A stretch of DNA of 64,000 bases from a virus, in IMG/VR virus record IMGVR_UViG_3300005758_000132, positions 32,001-96,000 of that record. One strand, 5' to 3'. The notes below the pieces were generated by a model. It saw only the letters and a program-made list of their open reading frames with translations. It searched no databases and was not told the origin of the DNA. Made by a program: the position numbers and the translations under genes. This document shows positions 8,531 to 17,503 of this stretch, piece by piece; the first letter of the stretch is position 1, and each line of letters opens with the position of its first letter.

Positions 8531-10867
8531 TTATCGCGAGGTCCTAACGCGCTCGCTGCGATATTGCGATTTCTCTCTACCCAGTTTGGTAGCTAGCGTT
8601 TTGAAATACTTTAACAAAGTTTGATCGTCGTCGAATTTAGCAGCCTCCACAACAGCCTTTTCGTCCCAGTTGACGTCAACGCCAGTCGCTTCTTTGATAG
8701 CGTCGTTAACGTCAGAAGGTTTCATCTGACGTTTTTTATACACCTCCTTGTGTAGTCCAAGGATGCGATTATGCAAAGAGTTCATTTCTCTCGCATCGTC
8801 TGGGTCTTCGTTTTCGCTCAACCTATTGTATCTATTCTGCAAATAAGCCATCTCCATTTTCTTAGCTACATTTTCAAAGTGATTCAATAAGGCGGTGTCT
8901 GACGAAGACGCCACGGCCCAGACGACGTCTTCTTCCTTCCAGTTCATGTCTTTCCCGGTCCATTCCTTGACGACGTCGTTAATCAAGCTGTCGTTTGTAT
9001 GTAAGTTATCCATAGCTTGTGCGTGGCCTGGATCGTTCTCGTTCTTCCCTTCGTGGCTCTTTACTCCATGTCCGGGATACCAGGTCTGATACTTGTTTCC
9101 AACGCGCTTGTGAAAGCCGCCCTTTTTGCTTCCTGGGATAGGGGTGAATCCTTTAGGAGGCTTGTCTGCCTTATGAAGAGCGTCGTCAGTCTCTGATAGA
9201 AGGTTGTTGTAGTTGGACTTCTCAATACGATCAGCCCAGAGATTGAGTTCACGAGCGTAGTCTTTCACGGTCAATTCTCCTCTTTCTAACGTGTCGTTGT
9301 TTGTAACGCGAGAAGCCCCCTTTTTGACTTCGTCAACTTCTTCATAGGCCCCGCTTTCGAAGAAGTGAGGATAATACTCCTGAGCGTACTCTTCATCAGT
9401 GTCGCCTTCATGTCCGTCATAGCCAGAATCGCTCTCAGATGACGCGAGCTTGAGCGCGTCCTCCAAAAGCTCTCGACCCTTTGCGGTCATATTGCGAAGC
9501 GGATGCAGCGAGCCTTTCTTGCCCTTAAAGAGCGCGTTGATCTCGTTGTCGGTAGCGCCTGACCGCTTCATCCACGTCACGAAAAGCGACGGGTGTACAT
9601 AGGAGCCGCGGCTCATAGTCATACCGTTATCAAGTCTCTCCGCGACTCGCGCAGAAACCATATCGATTACGGCAGACAGCGCTTTTATGTCTTTCTTCGC
9701 GTTACCCGTCAACTTGATTGGAGGCACTTGCGCCAGCTCGTCCGCAGCAGTCATTGAGCCTTGCAGCGTTCGCAAGTCCTTCTGCTTGAACTTACCAAAG
9801 TGCGTCTTCATGACCTTATTGGTGTCCGCGTCAGTTGCCGAGAACAGGAAGCCATCAGGTGTCGGATTTTTCGCGCGGTCGTGTAACTCTTTTACCAGCT
9901 CTGGGTCGGTCACAACACGCGTGTTCTTTTTATTTGCTTTGCCGATAAACTGTATGCGCACCGACGTCGGCGCAGTATCGTTGTCAAAGCTGAGATGTTT
10001 TGGCTTGAGCGTAGTTGCGCCTGTGGTGCCGATTTTCTCTCGTCCAAACTTGTCGACCTTGGTAGCGCGCGCTGCGGCTTCACGACTTCCAGGTCGAAGT
10101 CCAGTCTCTTCGATTAGCGCAAGAGCTACAGCCGCGTCTCGCTCGCGCTGCGATCCGGTAGTCATCGCCTTACGTAGAGAGCGCGTCGCGGCCTCCATTT
10201 GAGGAACGAGGGTGGCCAGACGAGTCCACTTCACGTGTGCAGTGCGACGGTCATGCTCAGTTGTATAGGCGAACTGGCGCACACCATCCTCGTTCGTCCA
10301 GCTTAGCACCGCTCCCTGATGGACAGCGTCAGTGCCAAGCTGACTAGGTGTAAAGTGTTCTTTGAGATTCTTAGCGGTGAGTGGGATAGGACGATTGAGT
10401 TTCATCGCGCTGTATTTTTTTCGAATATCAGCGTGCGGGTCTTCAGGCGCCTCAATCGGATTTCCTTCCTCGTCGAGCTTCGGCTTTTTCGGTTTATCTG
10501 ACGCCTTCTTATCCTTCTCAAAACGCCGAACGTCAGTGTTCTGCATTTGATCGAGAAATTTACGGTGCCGCTCGCCGATCGATTCGTAAGCCTTTTGGTG
10601 CTGCGCGTCGCTTAGCTTCTCTTTCTTGTGCGTACCAACACCGACGCCGGGGTACCAGCTCTGCCAACCGTCAGCAGTCTTCTTATGCCAACCTCCATGC
10701 TTTGTCCCTGGAATAGGTGTGAAGCCTGGCGGCGGGTGCTGCTTACTACCGACGTTGCCGGCAACTCGCGGTTCAAGATCAGCGCTACCTGACTCAGAGT
10801 CTGACGTAGACTCCTTAGCAGTTCTTCGGGCCTTAGAAATATCGCTGTCGTTGTCGTTGTTCAGCAT
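8531..10867 (-). CDS. doubly tagged polyprotein containing DNA topoisomerase IB
   Basis: TopIB motifs GLRPGS, FIGK, KDLRT, LDN, SYVHP; tags at 10649-10738 and 9074-9163; in-frame internal GTG at 9268 with AGAGGAG RBS. Confidence 0.85.
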   Translation of the reverse strand: MLNNDNDSDISKARRTAKESTSDSESGSADLEPRVAGNVGSKQHPPPGFTPIPGTKHGGWHKKTADGWQSWYPGVGVGTHKKEKLSDAQHQKAYESIGERHRKFLDQMQNTDVRRFEKDKKASDKPKKPKLDEEGNPIEAPEDPHADIRKKYSAMKLNRPIPLTAKNLKEHFTPSQLGTDAVHQGAVLSWTNEDGVRQFAYTTEHDRRTAHVKWTRLATLVPQMEAATRSLRKAMTTGSQRERDAAVALALIEETGLRPGSREAAARATKVDKFGREKIGTTGATTLKPKHLSFDNDTAPTSVRIQFIGKANKKNTRVVTDPELVKELHDRAKNPTPDGFLFSATDADTNKVMKTHFGKFKQKDLRTLQGSMTAADELAQVPPIKLTGNAKKDIKALSAVIDMVSARVAERLDNGMTMSRGSYVHPSLFVTWMKRSGATDNEINALFKGKKGSLHPLRNMTAKGRELLEDALKLASSESDSGYDGHEGDTDEEYAQEYYPHFFESGAYEEVDEVKKGASRVTNNDTLERGELTVKDYARELNLWADRIEKSNYNNLLSETDDALHKADKPPKGFTPIPGSKKGGFHKRVGNKYQTWYPGHGVKSHEGKNENDPGHAQAMDNLHTNDSLINDVVKEWTGKDMNWKEEDVVWAVASSSDTALLNHFENVAKKMEMAYLQNRYNRLSENEDPDDAREMNSLHNRILGLHKEVYKKRQMKPSDVNDAIKEATGVDVNWDEKAVVEAAKFDDDQTLLKYFKTLATKLGREKSQYRSERVRTSR
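9074..9267 (-). repeat. dispersed DNA repeat (leader plus tag) matching 6520-6695
   Basis: 9205-9267 vs 6633-6695: 60/63 nt identical; 9074-9163 vs 6520-6609: about 82/90 identical (counted by eye). Confidence 0.9.
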
Positions 10868-10902
10868 TGCAGATCCTTGAACGCGCGTTGTGACGATAAG
10901 GC

Positions 10903-10948
10903 GCTATCTACGACAGGTCGGTTTCATGTCCGCGCTGCCGTAGATAGC
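10903..10948 (-). other. intergenic RNA stem-loop
   Basis: on the - strand, GCTATCTACGGCAG ... CTGTCGTAGATAGC forms a 14-bp stem with one G-U pair. Confidence 0.55.
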
Positions 10949-10960
10949 TTTTGACGTAAA

Positions 10961-12703
10961 TTAGTTTTGTCGAACCTTAACAACAATACTTTGACCCTTG
11001 GTCACGCGCTCAGCCCATTCGAAAAGATCACCCGTATTCGCGCCCTTCTTCACCTTCGTTTGCGCCTTTTTGCTAGCCGCTATGACTTTAGCAAGCCATG
11101 GGCTTTTTTTCGCAGCGTTATACACGTCTGGAGACACAGCTCCAGTGCTCGAAGTTATTAAACCTAGAACTGCTTCGGCAGCTTTACTGGGATCGTTGTC
11201 ATGAGTAAACTTCATTTCGTTTTTGAAGTCTTTCCAAAACGTTTTTGCCTCATCGGTATCGCTACTCGAAGGGCCATCTGATAGCGCTGCGGTAAGAGCG
11301 CTGTTGCTTTCATTGCTTTTAGACGTGGTTGTCTTCGTAGACGCAGCCGTTTGCGCTGCCTGCGACGCGCGTTCAGCTCGCGCAGCGTGAACGGCCTTGG
11401 CGCGCTGAGAGCGGGCGTGAGTATCGCGGTAGCCTTCGAGCATCGCGGCAGCGGCCTTGCGAGTCATCTTGACTGAGTGACCTGTCTCAGTATGGCGGAG
11501 CGTCACGTGTCCTTTGGTAGCCTTGTCGACGTGCCAGTGACCTTCCTTGCCGTTATGGCGTCCGCGGATACGCGCGCCTTCGCTGAAATGGCTCTCGTGC
11601 GCGAAGGCCTTACGCTTAGGCATGGAGTAAATATAGCGCCAAGGACGCTTGGGATTTCCAGTCGCAATACGGCTCAGGTATTTGCGCGTGCCAGCCTTCT
11701 CAAGCGCGTCTCCTGCGTTTGCAGCTGACGCTTCGACCTTAGCGTTCGCACGCCACTGACGGCAGGACCAATACCGCGCGGTGAGGACGTCGTCCGCGGT
11801 GTCGCACTTGTGGCGTGCGTTGAAGCTCGCGCGACGCGCGGGGTTGTCACGGCGGATCTCCATATTCGCGTCGCCAAACCGTACGACGCGGACATCGCCG
11901 TCGTCGTTCTGAGCGTACACGACAAACTTCTTGACTCCGAAACCCGGCTCTCCCTCGCGGATGCGGCGCGGGCTATTGTATTCGGAAGGAACGCCGACAG
12001 CGGCACCCTTGTAGAGCGATTTTCCGAGTGACTTGTTCTTGGCGTCTGCGAGGAGCTTTTCCGCCTTGGCGCGGATGTCGTCCTTCGCGCTCTCTGGGAT
12101 GTTGGTCATCGCTAGGCGAGCAAGCGCGTTGCGCAGGTGTGGCAGGTCAACGTCGCCGCGCTCGTTGCGATACGGCAGATGACGAAGCGTGCGCGGAACG
12201 GTCTTGCCTTCCTCGTCCTTGGCACCGCGGTTTTCTACGTAGAAAAACGCGGAGTCTGGCAGGTTGTTGACGCGCGCCGTAGACCACTCAGCCTTCTCGA
12301 TGATGGCGCCCTTCACGGTGGCCATCTCGCCGTGGCAGTACGGGCAAGAAGGATCGTTGCCGTCACAGCAGCTGCACGCGTAGCACTCGTCAACGTACTC
12401 GTCTTCCTCGCCATCCTCAAAGAGCGAGTCGAGCAGCGCGTCAGCGTTATCCTCGCTGAGCCTATGACCCACGATGAGCAGAGCACGCGCGCCCGCGAGC
12501 GGCAGCTTGCCCGCGTAAACGTCAGTCAGCACCTTGCGCAGCTCCTCAAGGTGCTCCGCATCAGCCTCTTCCTCTTCCTCGTCAAGCGCTAGCTCGCTCT
12601 CGTACTCGTCATTATCGGCGTCATCAGTATCGATGTCCAACGTGTAGTCATCGAAGGAAAACGGATTTGCGTAATCTTCATCGTAGCCCATGGTGTACCT
12701 CAC
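10961..12703 (-). CDS. multidomain capsid-associated polyprotein
   Basis: acidic N-terminus; Cys cluster; LPDSAF...HLRNALAR module; KKFVV..RFGD..ARHKC..YWSC module; KY..R..WRYIY motif; C-terminal GP..FW..WLA repeat; modules separated by xK-[AGS] sites. Confidence 0.75.
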   Translation of the reverse strand: MRYTMGYDEDYANPFSFDDYTLDIDTDDADNDEYESELALDEEEEEADAEHLEELRKVLTDVYAGKLPLAGARALLIVGHRLSEDNADALLDSLFEDGEEDEYVDECYACSCCDGNDPSCPYCHGEMATVKGAIIEKAEWSTARVNNLPDSAFFYVENRGAKDEEGKTVPRTLRHLPYRNERGDVDLPHLRNALARLAMTNIPESAKDDIRAKAEKLLADAKNKSLGKSLYKGAAVGVPSEYNSPRRIREGEPGFGVKKFVVYAQNDDGDVRVVRFGDANMEIRRDNPARRASFNARHKCDTADDVLTARYWSCRQWRANAKVEASAANAGDALEKAGTRKYLSRIATGNPKRPWRYIYSMPKRKAFAHESHFSEGARIRGRHNGKEGHWHVDKATKGHVTLRHTETGHSVKMTRKAAAAMLEGYRDTHARSQRAKAVHAARAERASQAAQTAASTKTTTSKSNESNSALTAALSDGPSSSDTDEAKTFWKDFKNEMKFTHDNDPSKAAEAVLGLITSSTGAVSPDVYNAAKKSPWLAKVIAASKKAQTKVKKGANTGDLFEWAERVTKGQSIVVKVRQN

Positions 12704-13638
12704 AGAACAAACATATCGATTGGACGGAAATCGCGCATGGCGCGCTCGTAGATTTCTTTGGACGTATCACGAAGCATCCGGATACGCGCAGAGTACGCGC
12801 TATTTTCCGCGGATGCTGTCGTGTTGATTGACTGGCTAAGCCCGTCGATTGAGCGGCTCATAGACGCTACGCCTGCGCCGATGACCAAGTCGCCTGCTGT
12901 AATCAAAACGCTGATAGCTGCGACCACACCGGTGTACTCTAGCAGCTGTGAAGGGATACGCATCTGCGTACCTTCCTGCCCGCTATGCTGCATTGACCAT
13001 GGTCGATCGACATAAGCCAAAGTGTCGCTCTGCACACGCAATACAACGCGCGCTTCCTCGCCAGGAAAACCTACGAAATCGCCTGACTTCAGTTGGCTCT
13101 TGAAGGCCGTCCCAGTACCAATGAGCTTGGTCTGGTCCTTGTTCGCGGTCAGTGTACCGGTCAGGTCAATCTCTTGATACCCTACGCGATACGTGTAGCG
13201 GATAGTCGCTTTGCGCTCGTGCATGGAGCGCGTAGTGTAGTCATAGGTGGTGGCGTTAGTTGCGAGCGCTTCTGAGTCCAAGAACAGCTGCGAGAACTTT
13301 GGCTCGACAATATCAATCGCCTGCGTGACGTCTCGAATAAGCTGCTTGCCGTAATACAGTTCTGCCTTTGTTACGCTAATCAGCGGCTTTTTATTGAGCG
13401 TAGTTAGATAATGCGAGACAGGCGACCACTGAGATAGGTCTTGCACCTCGTCTTCAACTGTCTCAGGACAAAACTCGACGTCAAACTCACCCTCAGTCTG
13501 AATACGACCTTGAAGGATGGCTTGATTGAATAGACCTTCTGGAAAGGCCGCTCTAGTGCGTGGGTCGATAAGAGATATTCCGAAAAGGTACCGCTCAACG
13601 AGCCAGTCTTTCGTTAGTCCCACATCTAGCAAACACAT
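12700..13638 (-). CDS. putative head-tail adaptor with inserted beta domain
   Basis: 312 aa downstream of the MCP cluster; IRYTYRVGY and GVASMSRSIDGLSQS segments. Confidence 0.65.
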   Translation of the reverse strand: MCLLDVGLTKDWLVERYLFGISLIDPRTRAAFPEGLFNQAILQGRIQTEGEFDVEFCPETVEDEVQDLSQWSPVSHYLTTLNKKPLISVTKAELYYGKQLIRDVTQAIDIVEPKFSQLFLDSEALATNATTYDYTTRSMHERKATIRYTYRVGYQEIDLTGTLTANKDQTKLIGTGTAFKSQLKSGDFVGFPGEEARVVLRVQSDTLAYVDRPWSMQHSGQEGTQMRIPSQLLEYTGVVAAISVLITAGDLVIGAGVASMSRSIDGLSQSINTTASAENSAYSARIRMLRDTSKEIYERAMRDFRPIDMFVL

Positions 13639-13660
13639 AGAGCGCCTCCACCAGCTAAGC

Positions 13661-14518
13661 TCAAGCGCCGAAGAGAATTACGGACAGCGTATCCCCGTTG
13701 GCTAACCCGGCACCGTCCATCGCGACAACGTAACCGTCGCCAACTGCATCCCACGAAACAGTGGTAGTTGTCGACTTGACCGCACTAGCAGAAGACCTCG
13801 CCTGAACAACCGCTCCCTTGGGCTCGAAATTGACGAAAACCCGGATGGGAGTAGCAGCCAGAAGCGCGGTCGTCACAGGAACTGCAAACGACGCGATGTT
13901 GGACGCGAACTCTTCAACGACTGGGTTTTCGGTCCACGTGGAAAGCTGCCACGAGCTATTTGCGCCTACCTCCGCAAACGTGACGTCTAGATTAGCGCCA
14001 AGCTCAGGGTTGCCGTCGACGTCAACGCGGTAGACGTAAAGCCTATCGTTGGCGAGATCGGTAACAGCCTTCAGACGGATTTTGCCGTTCGCAATCGCGG
14101 GTGTCTCGCCGTCAGTCTTGAGCAGGTTGGGGTGCTCGTTGGTGGTCGAGTCCTTGTTGATCGCGGCAGCGAGTCGAGTAAGCGTCTGGTCGATCGTTCC
14201 TAGCTCAACACCGATTGAAGCGTCGCTGAGAACTTCAGTACCGTTCGATCGAATTTCGTAGACGTCTACAAGCGCCGGGCTGAGCGTATTGTCAGTGATG
14301 GTAACGGTGTACGTATTAGCCGCGGCTCCAGCCAGCGCGTAAACGTTAACCACGCCCGCCTTGTTGCTGAGCTTATCAAGCTCAATCTTGCCAAGCTCAA
14401 GCTGCCTAACACGCTGAGCAAGAACAGATTGACGCAGCGCAGGATTAACGCGCTCAACCGCCTTAGCCTGCGATTCAGTAAGAGTGGTAGAAAGATCGCG
14501 ATTTGTATAAGCGCTCAT
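13661..14518 (-). CDS. putative head decoration/fibre protein
   Basis: N-terminal ~40 aa similar to that of 14542-15132; beta-rich remainder; follows the MCP; GGAGG RBS. Confidence 0.55.
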   Translation of the reverse strand: MSAYTNRDLSTTLTESQAKAVERVNPALRQSVLAQRVRQLELGKIELDKLSNKAGVVNVYALAGAAANTYTVTITDNTLSPALVDVYEIRSNGTEVLSDASIGVELGTIDQTLTRLAAAINKDSTTNEHPNLLKTDGETPAIANGKIRLKAVTDLANDRLYVYRVDVDGNPELGANLDVTFAEVGANSSWQLSTWTENPVVEEFASNIASFAVPVTTALLAATPIRVFVNFEPKGAVVQARSSASAVKSTTTTVSWDAVGDGYVVAMDGAGLANGDTLSVILFGA

Positions 14519-14541
14519 GTGTTTGTCCTCCTTATCGTATT

Positions 14542-15132
14542 TCAGTCAAGCGTGTAGGTGTAGTTGATGATGAGGCACGCAGATGCGTAGTCTGGCCCAG
14601 TAGCGTCAGCGTTATCAGACGTCACGGCGATGTAGACCAGACCGGATCCGCTGAGGACCAGATCAGCAGCGGTCGACGTGAGCGAGACGCCGTTCAACGT
14701 GTTCGCTGAGGCAGACTCCAGGTTGTATGTCGCACCGGACAGCATTGTGTTGCCGGACGACGACGTCTTCTTGACGGTGAGGGTCACCGCGCCGAGCGCA
14801 GAAGCGAAGACGGTCGGGGTGACGAGCTTGATGGAAGTCACCGTCGCGCCATAGATCGGAGCAACCGCGTAGGTGGCCCACACGTTGTTCGAAATCATGA
14901 TGAGCGGGACGCGGATCTGACCTACAGGGAGGAGAGAAGCCGTCTCAGCCTGAAGGGTGCTAACGTCAGACTCAATAGCAGTGATATCCGCACTGTTAGT
15001 AGCGTTGTTTTCCTCAAGCTGCGCAACACGCTGCGCCAAGACTGCGTTTCGAAGGGCGGGGGACGTGCTCTCGACGCGCTTGGCCTGCTGAGAAGTCAAG
15101 GGAACACTGAGATCGCGATTTACTAGAGACAT
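14542..15132 (-). CDS. putative head decoration/fibre protein
   Basis: NRDLS..LT..QAK.VE..PALR..VLAQRV.QLE N-terminus, short coiled coil and beta-rich C-terminus; first gene after the MCP. Confidence 0.55.
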   Translation of the reverse strand: MSLVNRDLSVPLTSQQAKRVESTSPALRNAVLAQRVAQLEENNATNSADITAIESDVSTLQAETASLLPVGQIRVPLIMISNNVWATYAVAPIYGATVTSIKLVTPTVFASALGAVTLTVKKTSSSGNTMLSGATYNLESASANTLNGVSLTSTAADLVLSGSGLVYIAVTSDNADATGPDYASACLIINYTYTLD

Positions 15133-15166
15133 GATTTTGTCCTTTTCTAATTAGAGTCGTCGGACA

Positions 15167-15206
15167 GCAAAAAGCCAGCGGGCATTTCTGCGCGCTGGCT
15201 CTTCGC
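15167..15206 (-). terminator. rho-independent terminator after the MCP
   Basis: AGCCAGCG...CGCTGGCT stem followed by a T-tract on the - strand. Confidence 0.75.
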
Positions 15207-15236
15207 TCACGAAGCGCTGAACCGCAGCGCTACGGA

Positions 15237-16736
15237 TTAGGCGGCCTTGGTGGCGCAGTTATCGATGATGGCCCACTTCTGCGGCTGCTTAAAGAAGAGC
15301 GCGCCCATCATGTAAATCATGAACGGGATGCTCGCAGAGGTCTGGCCGAGCGGACGGCGGATGGCCTCCATGAGCTGCGAGAAGTAGAGCACCTCAGACG
15401 AGAACTCGCCGATGTAAATCGGCTTGCGGAACGGACGGCGATGGTTGAGGTCGGTCCACGAGGTGTTCGAGACACCGGCGGTGCCGCGAGCAAACTGACC
15501 GATGTAGTCGAACTCGGTGCCGTCCTTCTCAGTACGGTAGACGCGCCAGTAACGGAGCATACCGCTCGTGTTCTTGGTGCCGGAGATGGCTGAGTCATTG
15601 AACACGAAGGTCGGCGCGTCGCCAGCCGCGGTGATGACAACGCCGTTGACGCTGATAGCGCCAGCGGTACCGCGATCACCGACCGCCACGAAGCGGTAGT
15701 CATACTCGCCGACATCGCCAGCGCGGAAGCGGCTGCCAGTAACAGTCGAGTTGACGGTGGGGGTGCCGGACACTGCGCCCACGTTGGGAGCGCCGCCGCC
15801 AACGGAGGTCGTCGGGAAGTTCGACGGCATCGAGATGAGCGGCATGGTGTACACCGGCGCGTCGCCGTACTCGGTGGTGAGCGCAAGCTCCTGCGGGCCG
15901 CCGATGTAGGACTTGACAGCTGCGCCGCCACGATCCTTGGGATAACGGCCAGCAGCGGCGTCGAGCGTCGTGAGGACGCGCTTGACGCGCGAGTCAGTGA
16001 ACGCCTCAAGGTCGAGGGCGAAGCGTCCGTCAGACTGAAGCTCGCCGACAACGTCCTCGATATCCTCAGAGGTAGGAGCCTCGCCTTCAAGGTCGACAAC
16101 GAGACCGCCGCCACCCATGATGGACGAGCGGAAGCCGTTGAACTGGAGCGCCGAAACGCTCGCGTCACCCTCGATAAGCCAGCGCTCGATACGACCGAGG
16201 AGCTGCTTGACGCCGAGCTTGGTGCGGGTTTCAAGGAGCGAAGCGCCGCCGTCGAGACCGCCGGAGAGCACGGCCGCGGTGTCGGGGACTTCGATATTCT
16301 CCGACATGAACTTGAGCTGCACAACGATGCGCTCGAACTCAGCCTCGGAGAAACCATTGATGCCACCTTCCGCGAAGAAGGGGTCAATCGCGTCGCTGCC
16401 CTTGGCCTTCACAAGGGTAGCCTCGTGAATAAGCGACTTGGCAACCGAGACCTTCTCAAGACGGCGCCAGAGCCAGAGGTGACGCTCGCGGAAGCCAACG
16501 TCATTCAGCGTGCCCTGAATGGACTGAGTCTGAAGGGGTCCCATCGAGGCAGTGCCACCGGCGCCGCCAACGTACGAGGGGTCAGGCGGGTAAGCCGCAG
16601 TCTCCGCCTTGTGGAGCGCGTCACGCTCGTACTCGGAGATCATATTGGCAACGCGGCTAAGCATTCCGTCGTTAACACCGGCTCCGGGATTAAATCCGCC
16701 AGCCGTCATCGAGATATTGATACCCATGTTAATCAC
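15237..16736 (-). CDS. major capsid protein
   Basis: 499 aa after protease and scaffold; strong GC3 codon bias; LQTQSIQGTL and FFAEGG segments; candidate maturation site LHK-AE; followed by a terminator. Confidence 0.85.
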   Translation of the reverse strand: MINMGINISMTAGGFNPGAGVNDGMLSRVANMISEYERDALHKAETAAYPPDPSYVGGAGGTASMGPLQTQSIQGTLNDVGFRERHLWLWRRLEKVSVAKSLIHEATLVKAKGSDAIDPFFAEGGINGFSEAEFERIVVQLKFMSENIEVPDTAAVLSGGLDGGASLLETRTKLGVKQLLGRIERWLIEGDASVSALQFNGFRSSIMGGGGLVVDLEGEAPTSEDIEDVVGELQSDGRFALDLEAFTDSRVKRVLTTLDAAAGRYPKDRGGAAVKSYIGGPQELALTTEYGDAPVYTMPLISMPSNFPTTSVGGGAPNVGAVSGTPTVNSTVTGSRFRAGDVGEYDYRFVAVGDRGTAGAISVNGVVITAAGDAPTFVFNDSAISGTKNTSGMLRYWRVYRTEKDGTEFDYIGQFARGTAGVSNTSWTDLNHRRPFRKPIYIGEFSSEVLYFSQLMEAIRRPLGQTSASIPFMIYMMGALFFKQPQKWAIIDNCATKAA

Positions 16737-16768
16737 TCCTTGGAAATAACCTCACCAGCTGGCAGAGG

Positions 16769-17479
16769 TCAGACAGTCACGTTGATGTCAAAGCGCTTGA
16801 GAATTTCTTCGACCGGAAGCGCAGAGTTTTCCAGCGTCGAAACAGCTTCGCCGATACGGACGATGACGTCCTCGCTGCCGCCGCCCTTCATCAGGCGGCT
16901 CTGCTCAGCGACGAGCGCCTTCTGAAGCGCGCTACGATTAACGGTCGGGGCCTGCGCAGCCGCGGCGGACTTGACGAGACTCTGCTCAGCCAGATCGTTC
17001 GGATGCGGCTTAGCAGCCGAAACAGAGCCGCGCGGAGCGCCGGTCGTAACGAGCTTGGCGTCAAGCGACTTCTTGATCTCATCGATCGAGTTGCTCAGCG
17101 AAGCAACATAATCAACGAGCTGCTCGACGAGCTTACCTTGCGCGAGCGAGCCCTTAACGAGCGCCGGCATGGTCTCATTGGTAAAGGAAACAAGCGACTC
17201 GACATTGAGCGCGGTGCCGCGAAGCATATCGCTCGTGTCTTCCGCCAGCGCGGGGCCACCCTTATGGATAGCCAGGCTGGTGTTGACGTCAATAACCTCG
17301 ACGTCAGCAGCCAGGCGCAGGTCGCTTACGGCGTTGACAAGGTCATCGATGGAGAGGCTGACAAGCCCTTCCTCAGCCACATTACCAGCGGCGACTTCAG
17401 ACTTGACGAGGCGATCGACGGTCGCGGCGTCGAGCCCACTTGCCTTAAGCTGCGCACGCAGCGTCTTCTCGGTCATCAT
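16769..17479 (-). CDS. putative scaffolding protein
   Basis: helical protein between protease and MCP with seven [LIV]xK-[ASG] sites. Confidence 0.7.
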   Translation of the reverse strand: MMTEKTLRAQLKASGLDAATVDRLVKSEVAAGNVAEEGLVSLSIDDLVNAVSDLRLAADVEVIDVNTSLAIHKGGPALAEDTSDMLRGTALNVESLVSFTNETMPALVKGSLAQGKLVEQLVDYVASLSNSIDEIKKSLDAKLVTTGAPRGSVSAAKPHPNDLAEQSLVKSAAAAQAPTVNRSALQKALVAEQSRLMKGGGSEDVIVRIGEAVSTLENSALPVEEILKRFDINVTV

Positions 17480-17503
17480 AGTTAGTTCTCCTAGCTAGTT
17501 GGC

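Noticed and set aside
6520-9267. Leader/tag repeats considered as DGR template/variable repeats or a CRISPR-like array
   Set aside because: The mismatches are mostly synonymous and not confined to adenines; there is no reverse transcriptase or cas gene and no regular repeat-spacer pattern in the window.
15317-16387. 356-aa alternative-frame ORF inside the MCP gene
   Set aside because: It is Ser/Arg/Pro-rich with no clear RBS, an expected by-product of strong GC3 codon bias.
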